DNA from: Squalus acanthias
Taxonomy: Eukaryota
DNA length: 64,000 bases
Reading direction: 5' to 3'
Assembly: GCA_030390025.1 (NCBI GenBank)
Contig: CM059425.1
Coordinates: 163,992,001-164,056,000, forward strand
Under the pieces are notes generated by a model, which saw only the letters and a program-made list of their open reading frames with translations, made no database searches and had not been told where the DNA came from. Positions 1 to 13,479 of this stretch are shown here, in pieces; position 1 is the stretch's first letter; the number at the start of each line of letters is the position of its first letter. The position numbers and the translations under genes were made by a program.

Positions 1-1049
1 GTCTAACTACACATTCTGAGGTCAGTTAGAGGTTAATTCCTATTAGGCAGATAGTAGAGTCAATTAGAAGGTGATTGTTTACCTGTAAATTGGCAGTAGA
101 AAATAACCGGGTTTTATCACTTTTTCCTGAACACAGTTTTGACTCTGTAACAATATGTGATCACCTGCAGTGTGATGGACAGATTCAAAGATTTTATATA
201 ACAAATAAATCTGATTAGTGATCTACGACCTTATGGAAAATAATTACTATTTTTCTCCAACCTTTAATTCATAGCATTCAATTATTAGTTCTATTTGTTT
301 CCATTATCTCACTTTTCCTAGCTCTTTTCCATTCCAGATGGTATTTATTCTCTTTTCCCTTTCAATGAAACTGCTATAAAAAGTTTTCTAAGAATCTGTG
401 CAGGTGTGTACAATTTTGATATTTGTCTGTCACACAAAATTATTACCAATTTACTAATTGACTAGAGTGGAGTTGCACTAACCCGAAGGCCAAATTCAGC
501 TTGTCAAGACATTCACACACTATCATCTTAACCAATTTGCAATAAGGCAGCTTTAGCAAAGTAGCCAATTTATATCAATGGTTCTCTACAATGAGGGTGT
601 ATGCTTCCACCGCAAGGTTATTAATATTTTTATTCAAATACAATAATACTTATACAACTCATCAATTACATAGTAAATCCATTACATAGTAAATCCATTA
701 CATTCATCCATCACAGCAAAAAATAAAGCCTTAAAAACAGCCTTATAGTTAATATAAATGCAATGATTAATTTTACAAATAATCAATAATGTTACTGCAA
801 GGTTATTAGTTTTGGAACTACCTGCCTATGCCACATGGGCTCATCAACTTTGTATCTGTTTAATATTAAGAACATTTTTGTAAGAAAAAATGCACAGAAT
901 TTTTTATAGCTTTATAGTACTGTATTTCTAATTTAAAAATCACAAAGCTTCAGTATTTCTGTTTTAAAGTGAAGGAGATCTGGCCATTGCAGGTGAGTTA
1001 GTTACCCTGAATAAGTGAAAAGCTTAGTCACAAGCACTTTCATTGTTCT

Positions 1050-1088
1050 GAGTTCTGACGAAGGGTCATTGACCTGAAACGTTAACTC
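1050..1088 (+). ncRNA. Minimal type I hammerhead ribozyme (PLE type)
   Basis: Stem I GAGUU(1050-54)/AACUC(1084-88); core CUGACGA(1055-61)+A; stem II GGGUC/GACCU; GAAA(1076-79); palindromic stem III ACGU; predicted cleavage triplet GUU (after 1083). Confidence 0.8.
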
Positions 1089-1188
1089 CATTTCTCTCTC
1101 TGCAGATGTTGCCTGACCTGTTGAGTATTTCCAGCATTTTCTGTTTTTATTTCAGATTTCCAGCATCTGCAGTATTTTGCTTTTGTAT
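1050..1188 (+). mobile_element. Penelope-like retroelement 3'/pLTR fragment (family A)
   Basis: Starts with a minimal hammerhead motif. Highly similar to 15907-16043 (CT(G/A)ACGAAGGGTCAT(T/C)GACCTGAAACGTTAACTC...CAGATTTCCAGCATCTGCAGTA). Minimal hammerheads are characteristic of PLE pLTRs. Confidence 0.75.
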
Positions 1189-2860
1189 AAATATTTTCAT
1201 TGGCTGGTTTTGCAGAAATTCTAAATGCAGTTTAGCAGGTAAATCTACAGGGTGTAAACTACTTGAGTATTAACCAACTCCAAATTTATGGGTTTAGAAG
1301 ACAGGTGTCAACTTTCATCATGTGGATTAAGAACTACCTACTTAACACTTAGCTGTCATTAATTTAACACCCTACCCGAGTCACCTGGCTAGCTAAAAAC
1401 AGGTGAGATAGCTAGGTGTTATTAGGAACTCAGCCTAAGCACAGTAAACTACTTATAAACGGTTTCAAATATATAATTTTTCTAAATAAAATCCACTAAT
1501 CTAGCACTGTTTTAATACAGTATTTTTAAACTATTAATTTTGTCAATATTGAGATCTTCCCAAACTCCAGACAGGCTTCCTGCAACATCAATACTCTCAT
1601 GTTGCAGAATTTGGTTGGGATTGTTATAGAAATTAGCCTTTAAGTTTTGAATTATAGGGAGCCTGACTATTATAAACCAACATCACAATAATAGTCAGTG
1701 AGGAATAAGCCTGCCAGCAATTTTATACTTGCTTATTTAGAGGCAGTTCACAATTAGACTGCCTTACGTGGTTTATCATTCTTTATTTTTCTTTTCTCCT
1801 CCTTCATTCTTATTTTATTCTTTCATTCAATTTTGATGCTGTTTTATACTTTTAATTTTTTTGTACAGCCATATACTAATTTTTGTTTTTCTAAAACTCC
1901 TTTTCTTAAAACTCCATTTTCAAGTGAGGATTCCTTTGTGTTTACTTAGCCTATAAAATGCCAAATGTAAAATTGCAGTACTGTTGAATGATGTGTGACT
2001 CAGTATAAAGCTTAGATTTGAAAATGTTCTGTCAGCCTACAGATAGTTAGGAGTTACTGTATAGCAAGTGGAGGTTAACTGGTCTTTAATAGTTTTTTTG
2101 CTGAGTAAGTACTACTAGGCATGACTCAGCAGCCTACACCACAATTAGCACTGATAAAATACTGTATCTGTTGCTGCAGATACAACCGTTTCTCTATCAC
2201 TAGCAATACTCCCAGTGTCGGCTTCCAACAATTACAGTTAACACTTCGCTGCATTACAGGAATGAAAATTCACCATTCATTAGTGTGGGTCAGACTGCAG
2301 GGAAATACATAAAGCCATTTTTAAAAGCAAGGCACACAGATAGAGCTTGGTATTTTTAACTAAAAGCAACGACTCAGTCTTTTACAAAAATATGCATAAA
2401 AGGAGGAACATCTGGGAAAAAAGTGCTTGAACACTTTCCAGAAACAACAGACGTTGGCACAATGTCAAAAAAGGATTAACGTTGTTCCAAAAAACAGAGC
2501 AGCTAGAGGAGGACCTCAGGGGCATAAAGGGAATTTATGCTACATTTAGCATACACCACGCCAGTTACAACCCCAGACTTCGGTGGAATGGCTCTGAATA
2601 TTGGGCTCGATTTTAATTCCCGAGGCGGGTTGGAGTCAGGTTGCGTGGTGGGTGGGTTCGGGAACCGCTTCTGGCGGGAACAGCTGCAGAGTTGCGATTT
2701 TTATTAAAGTACCTTGTTAATTTCATGGAGGCGCGCTGGCCGGTCCAATGAGATCGGGTCGGCTGGCCGCCTCTGATGACGTCATAATAGCAGCTGCTTT
2801 TAAAGCTGCCATCCAGCCTGAGCCTTTCTATTGTGGTTTCCTGCACTTCTTTTCAAAGCT

Positions 2861-4777
2861 ATGACTTCTTCCAGAGGCAAGGCAGCTCCTCGTTTTAATG
2901 ATGACTCCCTCCAAGTTCTTGTGGATGCTGTCAGATGGTGCAGGGAGATTCTCTTCCCTCCTGATGGCCGGAGGAAGCCTCCTTAGCAGACCAAGGCAGC
3001 CTGGCTGTGCATTGCTCAGGAGGTGAGCGCAAGGTCCATTTATGCACGGTCATGGATCCAGTGCCGAAAAAGGTTTAATGATCTTGTGAGAACATCAAAA
3101 GTGAGTATCCCATCACACTTGCCTTCACTCTGCTTCCCTTCTCTTCTCATCACCAGCACTCTGCGTTGTAAACCTCCTCCTTCACATCCCACCTTACTCT
3201 TACTTCCCTTGCACCCTTTCCTATCCATCTCTGTCTCTGCACTGAATCACTTCAGCATCCTGCCTATGCAACCCTTACACTCGCTCTCACTGTCATGCAG
3301 TGACAACAACTAACAACGCACAGGGAGCTAGCTTCTCTTGGCACCTTACCCCATCTTCATCTCACTCAAAGCTTCTATGGTAGGGATTCTTCACACTCAC
3401 TCCATCACTGTGGTTGAAACACCGCTTGTGTCCCTCCTTGCAGGAAAAGATAGCCCACAATAAGAGGGAGAGAGCAATGACTGGAGGAGGAACACCTACC
3501 CTAGCCACATTGACCAGTGCTGAGGAGGCAGCAAACGAGATTGTTGGAGGTGACGAGGACCTGGAAGTGGGCGATGGAGAGACGGGCACACTGGAGGAAG
3601 CTGGTGACATAATAGAGTTTCATCCCTCTCAGAAAGCAATGGAATATGATGTTCATAGAGAATCGCTTTGTATCATCTGTTCAAAAGGATGTGTCTAAAT
3701 CATGCCTTTACTCTCCCACAGGACCATCGAGCGCCCCCCTCCCCATGATCCAGGACGAAGAGCCGGACAACTCCTCAGAGGAACCTGAAGCCTCTGAGGG
3801 AGCAGCGTCACCAGGACTCAGCGCACCCAGCACCAGTGCAGCAACGCACACCTCGGTGGGGCCATCGCGAGTTAGAGTAGTGTTGCCACCTGGTCTATCA
3901 CAGCGCACAAGTGAGCATCAGCAGATGGTGGAGACAGCGACAGCAGTGGAGAGTCCTCGGAGGAGGTCGCAGGACTCTCCTAGCTCTGCTGAGCTGCATG
4001 CAGGCGCTGTGCCTCTGGGGCCATCCAGAAAAAGAGCGGTTTGTGAAATACAGGAACAAGTGCAGGTGTCTCTGGAAGGGTTTGCCTCCAGGGTTAGTGC
4101 GAGTGTGGAGAGAATGGAGGAGTCCATCTGTAACATCAGCACTGCCGTGGTGGAGGCAATGGCGCATGAACGCATCACCATGGATAGGATGGCAACCTCC
4201 GTGGAAAGGATGGCTACCTCAGTGGAAAGGATAGTTATGGCCATGGAGGAAATAAGTCACCAGAGTCAGGAATACATGGTGACTGTTCAGAATAGAATGA
4301 CATCTCTGGAGGAGCGATGGGCAGCTATTGAGCAGAGACCAGAGCTTCATGGACATCCTTTTGAGGAGGACTGCCAGTGCAGATACGGGTCCTCATGGCC
4401 CTCCTGAAGTGCAGTAAGGTGTTCTCCAGCCACTTGCCAGCACTGAGGTGCGGCTGACCCATGAGAGGGATGTTGTTGGCAGGACAGAAGGAAGTGTGGG
4501 CTCCCCTCAAAGCGCTCACACGACCATGCCACTGTGGCGCCCTCGGTAAGAGACCCACTGTGCAGAGACAACTGAGATGGCCATTTCAGCCCCTGCACAG
4601 CCTCAGGAAGAGCAGACTGTTGAAGAGCCCTCCTAGGCTCCCAAACCCAGAGGACGCCCACCAAAGGCGTCTAAGCAGGCGCAGCATCCTAGTCAGCAAG
4701 GTGCCTCTACATCTGCTGAAGCCACAGGGGATGCACCATGTAGAAGCACGCATAAGAGAAAGATTAAGCACCTATAA
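2861..4777 (+). pseudogene. Three-exon Myb/SANT-like DNA-binding protein gene, disrupted
   Basis: Exons 2861-3100 (MTSSRGKAAPRFNDDSLQVLV...W...W.QCRKRFNDL; GTGAGT donor), 3444-3603 (EKIAHNKRERAMTGGG) and 3722-4777, with compatible phases 0/1. In-frame TAG at 2984-2986 and a frameshift near 4360. Confidence 0.85.
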
Positions 4778-4937
4778 TCACAAGGGGACTCACCTGTGTG
4801 ATGTTTCTTTTTTTTTCTGACTCTTGCTGGTATATTTTATCATGTGTTAAAGATAAATTATGTCAAGCAGTTGATTGTGTGTCCTATGTGTTCTGGGAAA
4901 TGGCAAAAGTGCATTGAGGGCTCAGGGCGACTTTCAT

Positions 4938-5267
4938 TTATAATGGTGATGGTAAAAGTGATAGGAAATAAGAGGGTCTAGCAGAGATGAAGTATGACGC
5001 TGGACAAATGTCATCTGCAATTACAGAGCCATATGGTGGCCACCTATGGTCGAAGAGTAAGCCTATGGTAGTGTGGCATGGCAGTGTGCATACCCTGGTT
5101 GATGGGCAGCAGTGAATTGGAGGGATGCTGCATTGGTCACAACAGGGCATGCAAGGCTCCCCTCGTCCTCCTCCTACTCTTCTTCCCAGGAAGATCTGTG
5201 GTGAGCCAAGCGGTTGCTACTCCTCCGATTATGAGGACCAGGATGAGAGGGTATAAATGTTTCCCAT
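4938..5267 (-). pseudogene. Degraded short convergent ORF in the position of the transposase
   Basis: Minus strand from ATG 5267 reads MGNIYTLSSWSS*SEE*Q..., homologous to MGTIYFLSSWTSDSDEDQ at 28191. Confidence 0.55.
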
Positions 5268-5949
5268 CCCCTTGCTATAGATTTCATTTGAGGTAACAAT
5301 CTTGCAAGTGCACAGTCGAAGTGGCCTGAAATATTTCCATTCATGACACACTGCAGATGGGTGTCAGCTTGAACAGTCAGAAGGTCAGTAGATGTGCAAA
5401 ATGTTATCCCATACATACAACAGTAAAGTTGTTGCATTTGAATGTCAGCCATGTTTCAGGGGCACTTTTAAAGCGCTCCACCAATGCATACAAATCATGT
5501 TCTCCAGCAACTCATCTCCTTGAACCTGGCCTGTTTCTGACTAGTCGGGAAACGGGAGCCAGAAGCAGGAAAATGGGAAACCACTTTGAAAATAGTATTA
5601 GCAAGGCAGTTAACAGGCTGTTAATAACCTTAACTACCTGTCCCACCGGTTGGAGACCTGTCAGTTTGGGAGTGGCTAAACAGACACGCAGGAAAATCGG
5701 GTGGGGGCGGGATGGAGGCGGGTTGGGTGTCTGAAGCCATTTTTCCCGATTTTTCCCAACAGACCCGCCTCCAAACCAACCTTCTCAGGGCTATTAAAAT
5801 CGAGCCCTTGGTCTCCAATCAGCAACCAATTCTGGCAGTGTGCATACCCTGGTTGACGGGCAGCAGTGCGGAAGGAGGCTATTTGGCTCACTTGTGCCTG
5901 TATCAACTCTGAAAAGGCTATCCACTTACTTCCATTCTCCTATCCTATA

Positions 5950-6478
5950 CGCTTTTTAATTTCTGTTTCTGGTAGGGCATTCCATCTTCCAACAACCCTC
6001 TGTGTACAAAAGAAAATCTCCAAACCTCTCCCTTCATTCTTTTAGTGATAACTTTAAATTTATATCTTCTAGTTACTGTCTCATTGACCAGTGGAAATAG
6101 TTTTTCCGATTTACTTTATCAAAATCACTAATAATTTTGAACATCTCTATTAGATTACCTCCTAACCCTCTCTGTTCTAGTGAAAAGAGCCCTTATTTCT
6201 GCCATTGCTCCGCATAACTGAAACCTCTTCCCTGGTATCCTCTTAATAAATCTCTTCTGCATCCTGTCCAGTGCTTTGACAACCTTCCTGAAGTAGGGTG
6301 TTCAAAACTGGACACAATATTCTAACCATGACATAACAAATGATTTGTATAGATTTAGCATTACCTCTTTGTTTTTGTATATGCTCTACTTAAAAAACCT
6401 AGGATTCCATATACTTTTTTTTTACAGCTTCAACGACTTATCCTCCCACTATTAAAGATTTGTATACCTGAACTTCTA
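5950..6478 (-). mobile_element. Degenerate CR1 LINE 3' fragment
   Basis: Minus strand reads LEYCVQF*TPYFRK near 6285-6327, matching the LEYCVQFWSPY motif of the other CR1 copies in the window. Confidence 0.7.
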
Positions 6479-6502
6479 AGAGTGGGGGGGGGGAGGGGGG
6501 GT

Positions 6503-6638
6503 GCACCCACCCACACCCACACACACACCCACACACACACCCACACACACACACCCCACCCACACCCACACCCACACTCACCCACACCCACACCCCCACC
6601 CACACCCACACACCCACCCACACCCACACACCCACCCA

Positions 6639-6669
<31 letters not shown>

Positions 6670-9600
6670 CCACACCCACACCCAAACCCACCCACACACA
6701 CACACCCACACCCACCCACACCCACACCCACACTCACACATCCACCCACACCCACACACACACCCACACACACACCCACACACACACACCCCCACCCACA
6801 CCCACACCCACACTCACCCACACCCACACCCACACCCACACACCCACCCACACCCACACCCACACACACACACACACACACACACCCACACCCACACCCA
6901 AACCCACCCACACCCACACACACCCACCCACACCCACACACACACACCCACACCCACACCCACACACACCCACACCCACACCCACACATCCACCCACACC
7001 CACACACACCCACAACCACACCCACCCACACCCACACCCACCCACACCCACACACACCCACCCACACCCACCCACACCCACACCCACACCCACCCAAATC
7101 CACACCCACCCACACCCACACACACCCACCCACATCCACCCACACCCACACACCCACACCCACACACACCCACACCCACCCACACCCACCCACACCCACC
7201 CACACCCACACCCACCCACACCCACACCCACACCCACCCACACCCACCCACACCCACCCACACCCACCCACACCCACACCCACCCACACCCACCCACACC
7301 CACACCCACACACTCACCCACACCCACCCACACCCACCCACACCCACCCACACCCACAGCCACCCACACCCACACCCACCCACACCCACACCCACCCACA
7401 CCCACCCACACCCACAGCCACCCACACCCACACCCACCCACACACACACTCACCCACACCCACACCCACACCCACACCCACCCACACCCACACCCACCCA
7501 CACCCACACCCACACCCACACCCACACGCACCCACACGCACCCACACGCACCCACCCACACCCACCCACACACACCCACCCACACCCACACCCACACACC
7601 CACACCCACCCACCCACACCCACCCACACCCACCCACACCCACACACACACACCCACCCACACCCACCCACACCCACACCCACACACTCACCCACACCCA
7701 CCCACACCCACACACTCACCCACACCCACCCACACCCACCCACACCCACCCACACCCACAGCCACCCACACCCACACCCACCCACACCCACACACACTCA
7801 CCCACACCCACACCCACACCCACACCCACACCCACCCACACCCACACCCACCCACACCCACACACACACCCACCCACACCCACACACACACCCACCCACA
7901 CACCCACACACACCCACACACACTCACACCCACCCACACCCACACCCACACTCACACCCACACCCACCCACACCCACACTCACCCACACCCACCCACGCC
8001 CACACCCACACCCACACACACCCACACCCACACACACACCCACCCACACCCACACACACCCACACACACACCCACCCACACACCCACACCCACACCCACA
8101 CCCACACCCACACACACACCCACACACACACACCCACACACACACCCACACACACACCCACACACACCCACACCCACCCACACACCCACCCACCCACACA
8201 CCCACCCACACACCCACACCCACACCCACACACACACCCACACACACACACCCACACCCACCCACACCCACCCACACCCACACACCCACACACACACCCA
8301 CACACACACACACACACCCACACTCACCCACACCCACACCCACCCACACACCCACACACCCACACCCACACCCACACACACCCACACACACACACACACA
8401 CACCCACACACACACACCCACACTCACCCACACCCACCCACACCCACACCCACCCACACACCCACACCCACACCCACCCACACCCACACCCACCCACACA
8501 CACACACCCACACACACACCCACACACACCCACACACACGCACCCACACACACGCACCCACACCCACCCACACAAACACACCCACACCCACCCACACCCA
8601 CACCCACCCACACACACCCACACACACACACGCACCCACACACACACACCCACACCCACCCACACAAACACACCCACACCCACCCACACCCACACCCACC
8701 CACACACACCCACACACACACATGCACCCACACCCACACCCACACCCACCCACACACACACCCATCCACACCCACACACACCCACACACACCCACACCCA
8801 CACCCACCCACACCCACCCACACCCACACCCACCCACACACCCACACCCACCCACCCACACACCCACACCCACACACACACCCACACACACACACCCACA
8901 CCCACACCCACCCACACCCACACACACACACACACACACCCACACACACACTCACCCACACCCACCCACGCCACACCCACACCCACACACACCCACACAC
9001 GCACCCACACCCACACCCACCCACACCCACACACACACACACCCACACCCACCCACACCCACACACACCCACACACACACCCACCCACACACCCACACCC
9101 ACACCCACACCCACACACACACCCACACACACACACCCACACACACACCCACACCCACCCACACACACACCCACACACACCCACACCCACCCACACACCC
9201 ACCCACACACACACCCACCCACACACCCACACCCACACCCACACACACACCCACACACACACACCCACACCCACCCACACCCACCCACACCCACACACCC
9301 ACACACACACCCACACACACACCCACACACACACACACACACCCACACTCACCCACCCACACCCACACCCACCCACACACCCACACCCACACCCACACAC
9401 ACACTCACCCACACCCACACACACACACACACACACACACCCACACTCACCCACACCCACCCACACCCACACCCACCCACACACCCACACCCACACCCAC
9501 ACCCACCCACACACACACCCACACACACACCCACACACACCCACACACACGCACCCACACACACGCACCCACACCCACCCACACAAACACACCCACACCC

Positions 9601-10031
9601 ACCCACACCCACACCCACCCACACACACCCACACACACACACGCACCCACACACACACACCCACACCCACCCACACAACACACCCACACCCACCCACACC
9701 CACACCCACCCACACACACCCACACACACACACGCACCCACACCCACACCCACACCCACCCACACACACACCCATCCACACCCACACACACACCCACCCA
9801 CACCCACCCACACCCACACCCACACCCACCCACACACCCACACCCACCCACCCACACACCCACACCCACACACACACCCACACACACACACCCACACCCA
9901 CACCCACCCACACCCACACACACACACACACACGCGCACCCACCCCCACACACACGCACCCACACCCACACACACGCACCCGCACCCACACCCACCCACA
10001 CACACACCCGCACCCACACGCACCCGCACCC

Positions 10032-10065
<34 letters not shown>

Positions 10066-10740
10066 CCACACCCACACCCACACACACACACACACACACA
10101 CACCCACACCCACACCCACACACACACACACGCGCACCCACCCCCACACACACGCACCCACACCCACACACACGCACCCATCCCCACACCCACACACACG
10201 CGCACACACACACACACACACACACACGCGCACCCACACTCACACACACGCACCCACACTCACACACACCCCACACACACATACCCACCCCCCCCACACA
10301 CACCCCCACACACACCCCCACACACACCCACCCACACACACCCCCACCCCCCCACACACACACACACACACATACCCACACACACACACCCCCACACCCA
10401 CCCCACACACACACCCACCCCCCGCACACACACCCCCACACACACACCCACACCCACCCACACACACACCCCCACACCCACCCCCACACACACACCCACA
10501 CCCACCCACACACACACCCCACACCCACCCCCACACACACCCCCACCCCCACACACACCCCCACCCCCACACACACACACCCACACCCACCCACACACAC
10601 ACTCCCACACCCACCCCACACACACATACACCCACAAACACACCCCCACACACACACCCACACACCCCCTCCCCACACACACCCACACACACACACACAC
10701 CCACACACACCCACACCCACACACACACCCCACACACACA

Positions 10741-10786
<46 letters not shown>

Positions 10787-11050
10787 CACACACACACCGC
10801 ACACACACACACCCCACACACCCCCTCCCCACACACACCCACACACACACCACACACACACCCACACACACACACACACACCCACACACACACCCACAAA
10901 CACACCCACCCACACACACCCACACACACACACACCCCCACACACACACAACCCACACACACACACCCCCACACACACACACACCCCCCACACCACACAC
11001 ACACACCCCACACACACCCCCACACACACACACCCCCCACACACACACCC

Positions 11051-11089
<39 letters not shown>

Positions 11090-11268
11090 CCACACACACA
11101 CACACACCCCCACACACACACCCCCCACACACACCCCCACACACACCCCTCCCCACACACACCCACACACACCCACACACACACCCACCCACACCCACAC
11201 CCACACACACACACACACACACACACGCCCACACACACACACACACACACACACACCCACACATCCAC
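6503..11268. repeat. ~4.8-kb compound microsatellite (CA)n/(CCCA)n/(CCCACA)n
   Basis: Almost purely C and A on the + strand; preceded by a poly-G run at 6484-6501. Confidence 0.98.
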
Positions 11269-11334
11269 ACGACGTGAAGATCCTGCTGGATGCCAATCCA
11301 GAATTCAGAGCTGCAGCTCTGGTCTCCACTCGCC

Positions 11335-11410
11335 AGGACTGTCTGGAGCAAGGTTTGAACGCTGCACCTTCTGACTCAGAGGCAGGAAAGCTATCACGAA
11401 GGCAAAGGCT
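11335..11410 (-). mobile_element. tRNA-derived SINE head fragment
   Basis: Reverse complement contains GCCTCTGAGTCAGAAGGTGCAGCGTTCAAACC (B-box-like), similar to the SINE head at 51320. Confidence 0.55.
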
Positions 11411-13479
11411 TCGAAGTCCTGATGACAAAAAGTTATATGGTTTCTATTTATAAAAGCAATCAAGGTAATCGGGTATCGTGACCAAATACACCAGCCTGTG
11501 TAAGTCACTGTAACCTTGGCTGCTATGTTTTGTACTAGAATCACATTTATACTTTCCTTGTGTCTATAATACAATCTATCTATCTTTCTATATTTGGGTT
11601 ACCTTTCACAACTGCAATAGCATTTTGTAAGTTCCAAAAATAATTACATTTAATGCTGCCATGGAAACAAAAAGTGGCAAAGTGTCCAATTCCCCAGCAT
11701 GGACCTTCTCATCTCGAGGAGCACAAAAAAATCATTACTAAAAACCCACATTGCATCCAAAGAGATACACTGTGGGCTAATTTGCTGAGTACACGCTGGG
11801 GACATGAAACCTTGCCCTCCCATAGCACTAAGCGGAAAATTGCAGGTGCATTGCCCACAATTTTCTGACATGCGCCGTCGGTGGGTGAAGTTCTCCACTA
11901 TCCGCTCTTACTTAGAAAATTACTCCTTCATTTCAGCAATCTTTGGTTTTGTTCCATTTCTCACATTTCATGAAATAACACTGCGCAGTTGGATTTTGCA
12001 GAATCTAAAATGTGATGAATTCGGGGTAGATTTTTCCAGATTTTGGTTCCCAGTGCAGAGCTTCAAGTGACTGGAGCACGTTTTGGAATTCAGCCGTGGG
12101 GGCCGGTATGCCCTCACAATTATCTGCCCGTTGATTTTCATGGTCAGAAAATCGTGTGGGGAGCACTGACTTTTGTGCTCAAACTCCTGATATATGGTCC
12201 TGTTGCACAAAGCTCTTTGCCTGGAGAGTTAATATATAAAATCTATCCCATATTTTATGAAGCACATTGGGACTGAAAATCCTCAGCCCTTCTGACACAC
12301 TCACACCATAACCCCAGCGGGAGTGCAGCAGACGGCCACAAACTCAACCAGGAACCAGCTATACCAGAAAATCGGAGATTCCAATATGGCCTTGTTTGGG
12401 GGTTGGGTTGGGTTGGGGGCGGGGGGAGGCTATATCCATCCCAAACAGTGCCACTGTTGTGGAGGGAGTGGGGTTGCGGGTGGGACTGCCTAAATTGGAA
12501 GTTACTGTCTCCCTGGCCTCTCTGAGGCCTAGATGTTATTTCAAGAAGAAAGAGGTGTACCAACCTTTTATATAAGAAGTGAGGCCCACCTGGGGCTCCA
12601 ATCCAGAAATGAGGCTTGGACCCCCAAAGATGAATAAACTTAAAAAGGGGGCTCCAGGAGTCAGCAGCTGAATGTTTCTAGACCCACTGCATCACCGTAA
12701 CCATGGTGGAGTGGGAATCCTGCTCCATCTCTGTCTTTCGCTTTTGATCCTGTCAGAATATCTGAGTTTAGGGCAAAACAAGCTATAGTTGTTGCAGGTA
12801 ATTCTAACGTAATCTTGCCTTCACTAATAAGGCCACTTAATCTAAATTTTATATTTTTAAAATTCTCATTCAATTATTAAAAGATGTTATTATTCTAATT
12901 GTATTACCCAAATGATTTTGTGCACTAGTCTAGGGTTTATTTAATGTAATTATATGCTGTTATGTTACAATGGAACAGGGAGCCAAACTTTCTCCTATCA
13001 GTAAATTTCTGGGGCAAGTGAATGCTCATAAAAAGGGGTGGAATCATGGAAGGAAGCGCGAATGCACCTTTCCTCTCTCTTTTGGGCTTCTCTGATGATT
13101 CCTACCATTCAAAAAAAGCAATGAAGTTTAGCAAAAAGGTATGAGAAAGCTGTTTACTACTTGGTAAGGCATTGTAAAAGGCCAATCATGGGAAACATAT
13201 TTCACAATTACACAGTTGAAGAAGCTCTTCTAAAAGTCCCAGGTGAGACCTGGCATTAGTTGGGTTAATGAATGGAGTATGCCTAAGTATTCACGTAGAA
13301 GTCATAGAAGTGAATAGTAAAGAGATCTTTTCAGCCCATAGTACAATGTTAGTGCAGCAGCCATTGCTGGGTTTCTCTTAGAAGAGGAGACAGCTGGGTG
13401 TGCAGAGTGTGTAGGAAGAACATGCAGTGGTCTGTGGATGCTCCGCTAATTGGCAAACTGCATGGGTGTAGAACACTCT

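Larger units (their letters stand above)
2603..5807 (+). mobile_element. Non-autonomous PIF/Harbinger-type element carrying only a Myb/SANT gene
   Basis: Perfect 15-bp TIR GGGCTCGATTTTAAT (2603-2617) / ATTAAAATCGAGCCC (5793-5807). Colinear with 25518-28700. No DDE motifs seen. TSD not cleanly preserved (ATT vs TTG). Confidence 0.85.

Noticed and set aside
665..703. 16-bp tandem duplication ATTACATAGTAAATCC x2.4
   Set aside because: Ordinary local slippage duplication; no spacers and not CRISPR-like.
6503..11268. Resemblance to the budding-yeast telomeric C1-3A repeat, or a telomere
   Set aside because: The array is embedded between vertebrate-type repeats, contains no TTAGGG, and is dominated by CA/CCCA units. 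It is most simply a compound microsatellite.
6430..11453. Very long ORFs (up to 1650 aa) rich in H/T/P or V/C/G/W
   Set aside because: They are translations of the C/A microsatellite, which lacks stop codons in nearly all frames; no sign of real coding.
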